From an uncultured Candidatus Saccharibacteria bacterium (GTDB lineage: Bacteria > Patescibacteriota > Minisyncoccia > Phycocordibacterales > UBA9973), in assembly GCA_964646765.1 (NCBI GenBank), contig CAZYIA010000004.1, positions 13,887 to 77,886 of the forward strand: a stretch of DNA of 64,000 bases, in the 5' to 3' direction. The position numbers were made by a program, and so were the translations under genes. Shown here piece after piece: positions 55,316 through 63,989 of the stretch (the stretch's first letter is position 1; every line of letters starts with the position of its first letter). Under the pieces are notes generated by a model. That model was not told the DNA's origin. It searched no databases and saw only the letters and a program-made list of their open reading frames with translations.

Positions 55316-56713
55316 TCACAGCCTGCCTTCTTCGAGTAGCCGGATCAGTGTGTTTATGTCCGCCCCGTAGTTCTTCTCTGGCGTCTCGTCTTGGTGTGGT
55401 TCCGCAGCCTTCAACACGGGTGGCCGGGGCGGTGCCACCCTAGCCAGGGTAGGCAGCCCGTAGCCGACAGAATCATCAGCAAATAGCTCGTACCCACGAA
55501 TCGGCACTGGCTCGCGCTTTCTCTCAAACTTGGGCCGGGACAGCTTGTGCTTGTGGGCACCCTCGGTGAAGAGAATCTTGGCCCTCAGCGCCTCGAACGA
55601 GTAGCCCCGTCCCAGCCGGTTCATGACGCGGATTAGGCTGTTCAGCGACTCGGTGTAGGCATTGGTGACGGGGTGCTCGAAGTATTCGATGATCCACGGC
55701 TGCCAGTTCGTCCAGGCGCGGATCAGGTCATGGAAGGCATCGCGGACTTCATGCGTGACGCTCTTGTTCCATGCCTCATACCGGCGCATGGCTTCAATGG
55801 GGTCGCCTGAGTGATAGACCCCGTAGAAGTCCTCCTTGAGCCGGTACGCCAGCCCTAGTTCAGGGTAGTTCTTCGTCCAGCCGTCCATGAGCAGCCGTTC
55901 CTGATCGTTCAGGTCGCGCTCGCGCTTGAGCAGCACGAACCGATCATGCATCAGCCCCCGGCGCTGCTTGGGCGTCAGTTGCTCGCGCAGGCTTTTCCGG
56001 ACCTTCTCCAGGGCGTCGTTCGCCATCCGGACGACGTGGAATTTGTCGATGACGATCCGGGCGTCAGGAAGGACCGCCTGGACGGCATCGCGGTAGGGGG
56101 CCCACATGTCCATCGCCACGTACTGCACCTCAGATTTCCCTTGCAGGTTGTAGAGGTAGTTCACGACCGTCTTTTTGTCCCGGTTGGGAAGCATGTTGAC
56201 GATGGTGTTGTTGCGGATGTTGCTGATGACGCAGCGGGGCCGGATCAAGTGGATTTCGTCGATGCCCATCCATTTGGGTGTTTCGAAGCGGAATTGCGCT
56301 TCCAGGTCGTTGATGTAGTCCCGGAAGATGTTGCGCACCGTCTTCTCGTCGATCCCGACTTCCTCAGCGATGCTGGCGAAGGTGCGCTTCAAGCTCTGCT
56401 GCCCGATCCACTTGGTCAGTCGGTCGGTCATTTCCCGCTTTGCGTTCACCGCCGGCAGGGCTTCCATGAAGGTCTTGCCGCAGGACAGGCAGCGCCAGCG
56501 CCGGGTATCGACGTAGATGCCCACGCGCTTGCCGTGGGTCGGCATGTCACGAATGACTTGCTCGTTGCGGCCGTGGCCGCGCAGAGCATCCGACCGGCAG
56601 GAGGGACACACCGAAGGCGGGTTCGAGACCTCGGCCGTGATGTGGTAATCGTGGTCGGTTTCCTCGACCCGCACTACCTTGTAGTCGGGGAGGTTCAGGA
56701 TGTTCGCAGGCAT
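55316..56713 (-). CDS. tnp: ISL3-family transposase
   Basis: The 465-aa ORF has an N-terminal zinc-finger (CPSCRS...CLSCGK), an HTH and a DDE domain typical of ISL3 (ISPpu12/IS1411-like). Confidence 0.9.
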   Translation of the reverse strand: MPANILNLPDYKVVRVEETDHDYHITAEVSNPPSVCPSCRSDALRGHGRNEQVIRDMPTHGKRVGIYVDTRRWRCLSCGKTFMEALPAVNAKREMTDRLTKWIGQQSLKRTFASIAEEVGIDEKTVRNIFRDYINDLEAQFRFETPKWMGIDEIHLIRPRCVISNIRNNTIVNMLPNRDKKTVVNYLYNLQGKSEVQYVAMDMWAPYRDAVQAVLPDARIVIDKFHVVRMANDALEKVRKSLREQLTPKQRRGLMHDRFVLLKRERDLNDQERLLMDGWTKNYPELGLAYRLKEDFYGVYHSGDPIEAMRRYEAWNKSVTHEVRDAFHDLIRAWTNWQPWIIEYFEHPVTNAYTESLNSLIRVMNRLGRGYSFEALRAKILFTEGAHKHKLSRPKFERKREPVPIRGYELFADDSVGYGLPTLARVAPPRPPVLKAAEPHQDETPEKNYGADINTLIRLLEEGRL

Positions 56714-56791
56714 TACTTCTTCTTGACGACGATGGCGGAGGACACTCGGGCGAGTTCTATAGCAAGCTCTGCGCGCTGCGCAGCCTCAACG

Positions 56792-57043
56792 TCAAAGGGT
56801 TCTGGGTATCGAGCCACTAAGGCCCCGATTCACATCCAATGCGGCGAAGCGAGCTTTGTTCTCCTCGCCGACACAGATGGAATTCCAGCCCATCGCGTAA
56901 GCCGTGTCGGTTTCCAAGTCGCACCACTCGTCCATGAAGAGAATGGGCGTCGTTGAATTCGCCAGAGAGCCCAGGGCCGCTTTCTTCCCAGCCTCGACAG
57001 CCTGTTCCGGGGTAAGGCCCGGTGCCATGTTGAATCCTCGCAT
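56792..57043 (-). CDS. IS passenger ORF, hypothetical (83 aa)
   Basis: The internal ATG (MRGFNMAPGLTPEQ) has an AAGGAAAG RBS. It lies between the transposase and the right IR. Confidence 0.3.
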   Translation of the reverse strand: MRGFNMAPGLTPEQAVEAGKKAALGSLANSTTPILFMDEWCDLETDTAYAMGWNSICVGEENKARFAALDVNRGLSGSIPRTL

Positions 57044-57044
57044 G

Positions 57045-57251
57045 TCATGCTTTCCTTTGCTTTGCTGCTGCGTCCCAGCCGGCTTGGCCCCAGGACGCCT
57101 GGCAATACTGGCAGTGACGAACCAAGCCAACCTCAGTTGCTCGCCACTGAGTGACACCGTGCTTGTCACACCCAGGGCAACGTAGCCGCTTCGGCTTTCG
57201 TTGCCCGTAGCCCTGGCCAGCGCGAACGCCCATCAGTGGCTCCGAACGCAA
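57045..57251 (-). CDS. IS passenger ORF, small zinc-ribbon-like protein (68 aa)
   Basis: It contains CPGCDK...CQYCQ. Confidence 0.25.
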   Translation of the reverse strand: MRSEPLMGVRAGQGYGQRKPKRLRCPGCDKHGVTQWRATEVGLVRHCQYCQASWGQAGWDAAAKQRKA

Positions 57252-57469
57252 CGCCTGAAGTAGTAGGAGCCTTCCGGCTTCGAGAAGTCCATGTTCAGCC
57301 GCTGAGTAGCCTTGTTAACAGCTTCCTGGTATTCAGCAGCACGAACCTCGACGGCGACCTCGTTTCCGGAAAAACTCTCCAGGTACGTGACCGTCCACGC
57401 CGGGTTTCCAGCGCCGTGTGCCATCGCGGCCTCTTCGTGAAACGTGCTCATTGCAACCTCCGTAGACAC
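57233..57469 (-). CDS. IS passenger ORF, hypothetical (78 aa; GTG start)
   Basis: Composition is protein-like. It lies inside the right IR and overlaps the next ORF by 19 nt. Confidence 0.3.
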   Translation of the reverse strand: MSTEVAMSTFHEEAAMAHGAGNPAWTVTYLESFSGNEVAVEVRAAEYQEAVNKATQRLNMDFSKPEGSYYFRRCVRSH

Positions 57470-57795
57470 ATCTTAATCCGGTTTCAGTATAAGACGACGC
57501 CAGAAGAAAAGCAACAACTAAATCCGGTTTTACACTGGTTTGTCACTCGCTCGTCATCGAGGAGAAAACACACTCAAATCCGGATACCCAAACAAAAAAG
57601 CCACCCAAAAGGATGGCTTTCTGTCCTGTCACTGCGCCCGCCTACAGGAGGCAACGGTTTTAACCGACCCAGGAGGGTTGCTCCTGCCAGCGATGGCGAC
57701 GGGTTCGGAAGCTCGGCAGCTCAAGCTTTGCACTTGCACCTGGAGGCAGGCTGTGCGTTTGCAGCATGGCAGAAATTCACGGGAGTTTCAAGCGA

Positions 57796-59391
57796 TCAAG
57801 GCAACAGCCCTTTTTCATGGAACTTCCAGGCCATCCAGGACTGGAAATCCCTGTCCCTGGCTTGCGGGAGAAAACTTGCATGCAAGTCGGGCCTGGCGTC
57901 CGCCAGCCACTGGCACAGCATGATGAAATACATCCCGTCCAGCTTGCCCGGCTTGAACATGATGCGGTCCTGCGGCCGTGCAGCAAGATGATCGTTCACC
58001 AGCCTGTCGCGCTCGTCTGGCGGCATCGCCTGAATTGCCTGCGCAAGCGTGGCACGCTGGTGCGCCGCGAATTTCTCCTGGAGGACGCGCATTCGCTGCT
58101 CGTCCTGCTCCTGTTGCCGCTTCCGTTCCGCTTCCTCGAGCAGCCTGGCGTCCTCCGCCTCGCTTTGTGCTTCGCCCTTGGCGACGTTCACCAGGATTCC
58201 GCGGAAAAATGCCGACCGCGAGTAAATCTTCGATCCCTTCTTGCGCCAGCGATGCTCCGCTTCATGCAATCGTTTCAGTGCTTCGGCAACCTGTTCGAAC
58301 TGATAAAGCTGGCTGAAATTTGCAACTTCCTTGTCCGTAAAGCCGATGTTTTCGAGTTCCTTCAGCATCTCTGCTGGCCAGCCAAGCGGGAAATCGAATG
58401 CTTTCTGCAGCTTCGGGATGAACTTGAAACGCAGGCGAACCACCCGCCGGCCGGACTTTTCTTCCTTGAACTCGACGGTATGGTTGAGCGCGGGGTGCGC
58501 GTTGAGAATTTCCAGGCCCGGCACCAGATACCGGCGCTTGAAGTCCTTGTAGTCGACCACTTTCTTGACACCCTTGGCATCGACCTGCACAAACCGGCTC
58601 GGTCCGATGATGAGATCGATCCAGGTGGCCAGTTCCAGCGCCGGCGTCACCTTGGCCGAAGTACCGATGTAGCGCCAGATGTTCTGGTAGAGACCAAAGG
58701 CGGATTCCTGTCCGGGCCCCGCATCACGTCCAATGCCGCTCAAAACCGTCCACGAGAGGTTCGCCCACATGTTCGGTTCCAGAAACCAGAGCAGGATTTC
58801 CGGTTCGAACGCGAAACGCGTGTAGCCCAGTTTGTCGCCGATGCCCTTGTCGCGCCGGATCAGAAACGGTGCCACCGACTCATACTGGGCTTTTCCATCC
58901 TCCCCCAGCACGTTCCAGGAAAACCGGAAACCGACCAGCTCGGCCAGGGTGTCGTGGATCCTCTCCATGTTCGAAGTGCTCAGCCCGGCAAGCCGGGCCA
59001 GCTCCTTCGTGCGGATTTCGAACAGCGGCGTGGCGCGGTCTTCCCGGATCTTGCGAACCAACGCCTGAACCTGTTCCTTGGGCCTTTTCCGAAGGTCCAG
59101 CTGAACCGCGAGCGGCAACGCTTCCAGCAGCTTGCGCGCGGAAAGCTTCAGCGAGGCATCCCGTCGTTCGGGGATCGAATGGATGGCGGCAACCGGTTTG
59201 CGGTAGAGGTTGACCGACTCCGGCAACAGGAGCTCGTCGGAATGAAATAGTTTCTCCTGCGTGCCCCGGGTCTGCGCTTCGGCCGCCAGGATCTCGAAGT
59301 CCTTGCTCGCGTCCTCCTCGTCGAGCAATGTCCTCAGCAGCTCGGGCTCGGGCTGGTCCGCAGGATTTTCGTCTTCCGTCTCGCGGGCCAT
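57796..59391 (-). CDS. repA: Replication initiator protein A (RepA/RPA-family)-like
   Basis: The 531-aa ORF has an acidic N-terminus, then a region matching plasmid/ICE RepA proteins (HDTLAELVGFRFSWNVLGEDGK...FAFEPEILLWF). The C-terminus is coiled-coil and basic. An iteron array and an AT-rich element lie immediately upstream. Confidence 0.6.
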   Translation of the reverse strand: MARETEDENPADQPEPELLRTLLDEEDASKDFEILAAEAQTRGTQEKLFHSDELLLPESVNLYRKPVAAIHSIPERRDASLKLSARKLLEALPLAVQLDLRKRPKEQVQALVRKIREDRATPLFEIRTKELARLAGLSTSNMERIHDTLAELVGFRFSWNVLGEDGKAQYESVAPFLIRRDKGIGDKLGYTRFAFEPEILLWFLEPNMWANLSWTVLSGIGRDAGPGQESAFGLYQNIWRYIGTSAKVTPALELATWIDLIIGPSRFVQVDAKGVKKVVDYKDFKRRYLVPGLEILNAHPALNHTVEFKEEKSGRRVVRLRFKFIPKLQKAFDFPLGWPAEMLKELENIGFTDKEVANFSQLYQFEQVAEALKRLHEAEHRWRKKGSKIYSRSAFFRGILVNVAKGEAQSEAEDARLLEEAERKRQQEQDEQRMRVLQEKFAAHQRATLAQAIQAMPPDERDRLVNDHLAARPQDRIMFKPGKLDGMYFIMLCQWLADARPDLHASFLPQARDRDFQSWMAWKFHEKGLLP

Positions 59392-59537
59392 TAAAATCTC
59401 CGCTGGAAACCTTGCCGTTCGGGGCTGCGCATCTGATCAAATGCGGGAAAGGGGCCTCTCCCGGTCGGTTCCGCCCGGCTACAGGCGCGGTGGCACCATA
59501 AAGAGTCCATGTGCCATCATACCACCAGCCATGGTGG

Positions 59538-59706
59538 CGACCACCGTCCGCCCGTGTGCCACCAACGCTCCGGCCTTATGCCAAAACGCCACCTGTCCGC
59601 AGATCCGCCACCGTGCTCTGCAAAAACGCCCCTTTTGTCATGCGCAAACGCCACCTGAAGACGCCAAGGCGCCACTTTGGTTATGCGTCCACGCCACCAC
59701 GCCGCA
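59538..59706. repeat. Iteron-like array, 7-8 copies of (A)ACGCCACC at 20-22-bp spacing upstream of repA
   Basis: Copies begin at about 59567, 59586, 59606, 59626 (degenerate), 59648, 59670, 59691 and 59699. The spacing of about two helical turns is seen directly in the sequence. Confidence 0.6.
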
Positions 59707-59716
59707 CGCAAGTCAC

Positions 59717-59747
59717 GGATTTTTCAGTATATTGTCAGGTTGTAACC
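59717..59747. promoter_or_regulatory. AT-rich stretch (GGATTTTTCAGTATATTGTCAGGTTGTAACC) adjacent to the iterons, candidate DNA-unwinding element
   Basis: Local AT content is about 60% in a genome of about 35% AT. It is positioned between the iterons and the next gene. Confidence 0.4.
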
Positions 59748-59847
59748 TTGGGACTGTGTTGGAATTCCACAAACAGCCGTTGTTGTCGTCTTGCAGAGAT
59801 GCCGGCAATTCCCGCCCTCGCCACACCGGGTAACAGCGGTGGCGGTT

Positions 59848-59960
59848 TGGCATACGATCCGGGTATGCCCAGCACAAATGGTGGCTGTTTTGCATACGGT
59901 TGATGTATTGCAGATATGGCCGGACGGCTGTCGCATACCAACCCTGTGCATCGGGTATGC
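59848..59960. promoter_or_regulatory. Three palindromic operators with GCATAC half-sites upstream of the RHH gene
   Basis: The three sites are GGCATAC GATCCGG GTATGCC (59848-59868), TGCATAC GGTTGAT GTATTGCA (59890-59911) and GCATACC...GGTATGC (59932-59960). Confidence 0.55.
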
Positions 59961-59980
59961 CAACCGGTACACTACGGGCC

Positions 59981-60460
59981 ATGGCCGAGATCAAGGATCC
60001 ACGCGGAAAGCTTCTTCTGGGAGAGGCGGTCAGACTGCTCGTGCAGTCCGGCGCCTCCGGCGTGGCAATCACCGATTTCATCAACGAATACTCGGAGATC
60101 ATCAAGAGCGCCCTGGTCGAACAGCAGCCCCCCGTCTCCGACCTGAAGAGCCAGATGAAAGAAGCCGTCAGGGAAGTGTTGCATGAGCTCGCGCCACCCG
60201 CCAAACGCAGTGGCCCCGAAAAGCGCAGACGAATTCAGGTCATCGTTGACGGCACGAGGACGTCTTTGACATTGCACGCCAGCCTGCTTGCAAAGACCGT
60301 GGAGATCCTTGGCACGAACAAGCAGGCACGCCAGCTCGTGAACGAACTGGCGAACTCCAAGCCGGCCGATCACCCCAATCGTTCAGCCTGGGTCGAGGAG
60401 CAACTAAAACATCATCTGCTCCTCGTCAGAGCCGAGGCCGCCACGAAGACGGCGCACTGA
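59981..60460 (+). CDS. Ribbon-helix-helix-type DNA-binding protein (putative replication/partition regulator)
   Basis: The start was refined to MAEIKDPRGK (index 28). A C-terminal RHH-like segment is present (RRRIQVIVDGTRTSLTLHASLLAKTVEILG). The gene sits directly behind the GCATAC operator array. Confidence 0.45.
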   Translation: MAEIKDPRGKLLLGEAVRLLVQSGASGVAITDFINEYSEIIKSALVEQQPPVSDLKSQMKEAVREVLHELAPPAKRSGPEKRRRIQVIVDGTRTSLTLHASLLAKTVEILGTNKQARQLVNELANSKPADHPNRSAWVEEQLKHHLLLVRAEAATKTAH

Positions 60461-60563
60461 GGCGGCTCCCAGTTTTGCAAAGAAAAACCCTGCCGCGAAC
60501 GAGTCGCAGACGCAGGGTGGGAGGTTACTTTGACAAAAGCAATCGATGCGGCATCTTGTCTGC

Positions 60564-60782
60564 TCAGAACTCACCCCATTCCCGCAGGTAATAAGCGACA
60601 CCCTCGTCGCTCAACCCCACTGAAAACAGGCGTTCACGCGCCCCCCAGGCATCACCGTCAAAGAACAGGCGGTGCGCCTCGGCAACGGCGTTCTCGGCCG
60701 TCGACCGCGCCGCCTTGAGACGCGCTGCGCGGGCAGCGGGCGAATGATAGGCGGCGTATTCCTCCTGGCTCTGCATTTCCAT
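60564..60782 (-). CDS. Small hypothetical protein (72 aa) downstream of the GHKL ATPase
   Basis: Composition is protein-like, with an Ala/Arg-rich helix. Confidence 0.3.
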   Translation of the reverse strand: MEMQSQEEYAAYHSPAARAARLKAARSTAENAVAEAHRLFFDGDAWGARERLFSVGLSDEGVAYYLREWGEF

Positions 60783-60913
60783 TACCCCTTTCTTCCGTCA
60801 CCAGGTCTTTCTCCACCATGGAGAACCAACCTTGTATCCGGCAAGCGGCTGCGCGAATGCGGTTTTCCAAAGAAAAGCCCGCCGGAACGAATCCAGACGC
60901 GGGCATGGGGAAA

Positions 60914-62599
60914 TTACTGTTGAACCGGGTGCTCGACGACGGAATAGCCGCCATTCGGGTCAACTGTCAGCATGAACGACTTTCCTTGAAGCGAAGGGTA
61001 GTCGCGCAGGGAGACGGCCCGCTCGCCAAGAAGCCCGGAAAGAATCTCCGCAGGCGGCATGCCGCGCAGCTCCTGGATCTTCCTTTGCAGGGCGCTCCAG
61101 TCGCTTTCCATGTCGTCCTCTTCCCATCGGTCTTCGCTCATGTAGCTTGAGACCTGCTGGACTGCCCAACCACTCGCCGGTGCCTCGCGAGGCACCAGAA
61201 AACGACTCCCGTCATACAGCACGGTATCGGCAATGATCACGCTATCGGTCCAGCCGCCAGTCTCGGACGCCACGCTGATCGTGAATGATTCGCACAGAAC
61301 CACCGGAACGGACCAGACATACGCGCCGTTCATCGTGCCCTCGCCGTACGCACCCGTTTCGGTCACCTTCGTGGCCCGGAAGTCGAGGGTCCGTACATGC
61401 TTGTGCGCCCAGTGTCCGGCATCGAACCAGCGCCGGCTCACCAGCAGCGCCTTGCGCGCATGAGCGTAATTCCACGTCGCGATCGAATCATCATCTGCAT
61501 CGACGTCATCAAGGAGCTCAAGCAACAGCACCTTGCCGTCAATGACATCCTGCATCGCGACGTGATTCTCGGGATGATGCGCGAACCAATCCCACTCGTG
61601 GGCAAGAAACGGCTGCTCGACGAAGCGCTCCACCGCTTTGCGCGGAAGCAGGGCAATGTCGTTCAGGAAATCCCGCCCGTAGTGCTCAATCGCACTCCAG
61701 AACTGTTCGAGGAACTCCGTAGGCGGCAGGCTTGCTTTTTTCTCGATCAACAATTGACGCCAGGACGCACGAATAACGGCATCGACTTGCTTGATGCACT
61801 CTTCCGTATCGAGGAGAACATCCCGGTCGGGCATGCGCGCGACAAATTTCGTCGGATCGAGATGCACCACGACAGCCCGTTCATCGGAGCCGTAGTACCC
61901 CCGCCTTTCGTCAACCCTGAAACCCTGCAGGTACAGAAGCGTTCGCAAGCAGACGTTGCCATCATCGAGCCCGGGAATCGAGACGAGCCCGACGTCCGTA
62001 TGGACGAAACGGCGATCCGCCGCGTCGATGGCATGGCTGCGCGGCATTTCTTCGCCATCGAGGAACACGCGAACCGGGAATCCACGTGAAAACTCGCGGA
62101 TTGCCTGTTTCGTTTCGTGGGCCCTCAACTTGAGACCGTGCAACACCAGTCTCGTACCGGATTTTTCGGTGCTTTCCAGGTGAACCATTACCGGCACAGA
62201 CCGAAAACCAAGTACCTCGTCCGACTTGAATGCCACGCGGAAGCCGCGGGATTCGATTTCCATTGCATCGGTTGCGTACAGCGCGGAGAGAAACCCCATC
62301 CCGTACGGCAACCGTTCGGCAATCACTTCCGCCGACCAGCCACTTTCCGCGACCGACAACAGCACTGCCATATCGGTGATGCCGCAGCCGTCGTCGACGA
62401 TCTCGGCTGTGACTGTGTCGCCGTCTTCTTCGATCGTGATGCGGACTTCGGTTGCGCCGGCGCGGTCGCTGTTTTGCAGAAGCTCCTTCCACAAAGTCGT
62501 CTTCGTGGTAAAGGCGTGCTTCAGGCCGTTCATCAGCCCTCTTTCGTTGACCTTGAGGGTGATTTCGTTGACTGCATTCATGTTTGACTCCTGATGCAA
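60914..62599 (-). CDS. Stand-alone GHKL (histidine kinase/Hsp90/MORC-like) ATPase-domain protein
   Basis: A Bergerat-fold N-box and G1-box are present (WKELLQNSDRAGATEVRITIEEDGDTVTAEIVDDGCGI). No kinase HisKA domain or TM segment was found. About 400 aa of the C-terminal region are uncharacterised. Confidence 0.65.
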   Translation of the reverse strand: MHQESNMNAVNEITLKVNERGLMNGLKHAFTTKTTLWKELLQNSDRAGATEVRITIEEDGDTVTAEIVDDGCGITDMAVLLSVAESGWSAEVIAERLPYGMGFLSALYATDAMEIESRGFRVAFKSDEVLGFRSVPVMVHLESTEKSGTRLVLHGLKLRAHETKQAIREFSRGFPVRVFLDGEEMPRSHAIDAADRRFVHTDVGLVSIPGLDDGNVCLRTLLYLQGFRVDERRGYYGSDERAVVVHLDPTKFVARMPDRDVLLDTEECIKQVDAVIRASWRQLLIEKKASLPPTEFLEQFWSAIEHYGRDFLNDIALLPRKAVERFVEQPFLAHEWDWFAHHPENHVAMQDVIDGKVLLLELLDDVDADDDSIATWNYAHARKALLVSRRWFDAGHWAHKHVRTLDFRATKVTETGAYGEGTMNGAYVWSVPVVLCESFTISVASETGGWTDSVIIADTVLYDGSRFLVPREAPASGWAVQQVSSYMSEDRWEEDDMESDWSALQRKIQELRGMPPAEILSGLLGERAVSLRDYPSLQGKSFMLTVDPNGGYSVVEHPVQQ

Positions 62600-62689
62600 G
62601 GTCAGGAAGACCGCCTTCCCGATACCGCCTTGCAGCAGAGCCAGCCGTTGTCCGCGAAGAGGTTTCCGTCTGCCTGGCAGAGTGGCGGG

Positions 62690-62830
62690 GTTGCTTTGGA
62701 ATCACTGGCGCCTTTCAATTGGAATGGGTGGCTGGTTTGAAGCCGAGCCGGTGGCTGGGTTGGATTGGAAACGCTGGCTGGAATGGTGTGGAATATGCGG
62801 CTGCGATGCCGCACGGCCCTGGACGGCGCG
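62690..62830. repeat. Degenerate tandem repeat array (TGGAAT / GGCTGG units) in the promoter region of the GHKL ATPase gene
   Basis: The sequence TTGGAATCACTGGCGCC TTTCAATTGGAATGGGTGGCTGG TTTGAAGCCGAGCCGGTGGCTGGGTTGGATTGGAAACGCTGGCTGGAATGGTGTGGAATATGCGGCTG contains TGGAAT four times and GGCTGG four times. Confidence 0.5.
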
Positions 62831-62841
62831 CATGAAAAAAG

Positions 62842-62875
62842 CCCATCCAACCGAAGTTGTGATGGGCTTTGAGGG
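62842..62875 (-). terminator. Rho-independent terminator (minus strand) after the small membrane ORFs
   Basis: On the minus strand the stem is GCCCATC ... GATGGGC, followed by TTTTTTC. Confidence 0.55.
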
Positions 62876-63032
62876 GATCCGCCAAAGCGGAGAATTCAGG
62901 CGCTGTGTAGTCCGGAACCGCGATCATGACTCGCCGGACGCTCCCGTTTGCGCAGGAACAAAGCGAAAATCGTGATGCCCGCAGCACCCAGAACCATCAC
63001 CAGCAAGCCAAGGCCAAGTCCTGTGACGAGAC

Positions 63033-63248
63033 TCATGATTCATCTCCTTGTTCGTCCTGGAGGGATTCTAGGATAAACGCCAGCACCTGCAAACCGAGCC
63101 AGGCGCATGCTCCGAAAAGCAGAGCCAAACCGTTGCCTTGATGATAGCCGACCGCAGCCGAAGCCGCAGCCGCGCCCCATGAAGCACGTCGAAACTCCTT
63201 GGCGGTAGCTTCGAGTGCCTTGACGTTGAAGTGGAACCTCAGTGCCAT
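63033..63248 (-). CDS. Small membrane protein (71 aa); a further 46-aa membrane ORF (about 62900-63039) follows immediately
   Basis: One hydrophobic helix is present (ALLFGACAWLGLQVLAFIL). The unlisted downstream ORF MSLVTGLGLGLLVMVLGAAGITIFALFLRKRERP starts 6 nt after its stop. Confidence 0.3.
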   Translation of the reverse strand: MALRFHFNVKALEATAKEFRRASWGAAAASAAVGYHQGNGLALLFGACAWLGLQVLAFILESLQDEQGDES

Positions 63249-63254
63249 GACCGT

Positions 63255-63989
63255 TCACCAGGCGCCGGCGTCGTCAGGCAACCGGAAGTCGCCGGCGATA
63301 TCCGCGATGATGCTGCGGGTGTCGTCCTCGAAAGACGAGTCGTCTTCAACCCATTCGGAATCATCCAAACGCGCGGCAGACGGACTTGCTTTCTTCGGCT
63401 TCGCAACGGGTGCGACTGCTTGAGGCTGCGGTTGCGCCTGCGCCGGTTCGCTTTGCACCATGAGCCTGGGGAAACCCTTGGCAGCCAGCTCTGCCGGATT
63501 CATGATCCGATCGACAACCACGCGCAAGGCAATCGACTGCACGTCGTCGATCTTGCCGCGCACGGGGAGCGTTTTGAGGATGCCTTCGAGCACAGTGGCG
63601 ACTTCCTTGATCCTCGGATTCAGGAACGCAAGGCTGGCTGCCTTGCGCTGGATCTGGCCGAGCACACCGGAAATTGCCGCGGTGAACACGTGCTTGCCGG
63701 GATCCTTCACGCCCATGTCTCTGATCATGTCGCTGAATTCCTTCAACGCCTGACCCGACATGCCTTCGAGCTCTTCGTCGAGACCAGCTGCAGCCTGAAC
63801 CTGCTCGGCGGTCAGCTGAAATCCCGCGTACGCGAAGTGGAAGCCGCGCTCCAGCTCGTCAGACGAATAGGCCAGGCGACGAATCGCGTCGGCCTCATCC
63901 GGATTACGAGCGGCCCACTGCTGGTTCATCGCCGGGAACGCCTCGATGAAAGCAGTAGTCTTCTGCTTGAACCTGGTCTCAAACTGCAC
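63255..63989 (-). CDS. Hypothetical protein (244 aa)
   Basis: The N-terminal domain is followed by a Pro/Ala/Gln-rich linker and an acidic C-terminus. There is no recognisable family. Confidence 0.4.
   Translation of the reverse strand: MQFETRFKQKTTAFIEAFPAMNQQWAARNPDEADAIRRLAYSSDELERGFHFAYAGFQLTAEQVQAAAGLDEELEGMSGQALKEFSDMIRDMGVKDPGKHVFTAAISGVLGQIQRKAASLAFLNPRIKEVATVLEGILKTLPVRGKIDDVQSIALRVVVDRIMNPAELAAKGFPRLMVQSEPAQAQPQPQAVAPVAKPKKASPSAARLDDSEWVEDDSSFEDDTRSIIADIAGDFRLPDDAGAW

Larger units (their letters stand above)
55286..57589 (-). mobile_element. ISL3-family insertion sequence (about 2.3 kb) carrying a transposase and three small passenger ORFs
   Basis: The terminal inverted repeats are GGCTATCCGGATTTGGCTGTGTTTG (55286-) and, at the right end, the reverse complement GGGTATCCGGATTTGAGTGTGTTTT (-57589). 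They are flanked by an identical 8-bp direct repeat, AAACAAAA, at 55278-55285 and 57590-57597. Confidence 0.65.

Noticed and set aside
55946-56956. 336-aa plus-strand ORF antisense to the ISL3 transposase
   Set aside because: The transposase on the minus strand has zinc-finger/DDE hallmarks. This is a shadow ORF.
57766-59250. 494-aa plus-strand ORF antisense to repA
   Set aside because: It is a shadow ORF, and the repA frame carries the recognisable RepA-like region.
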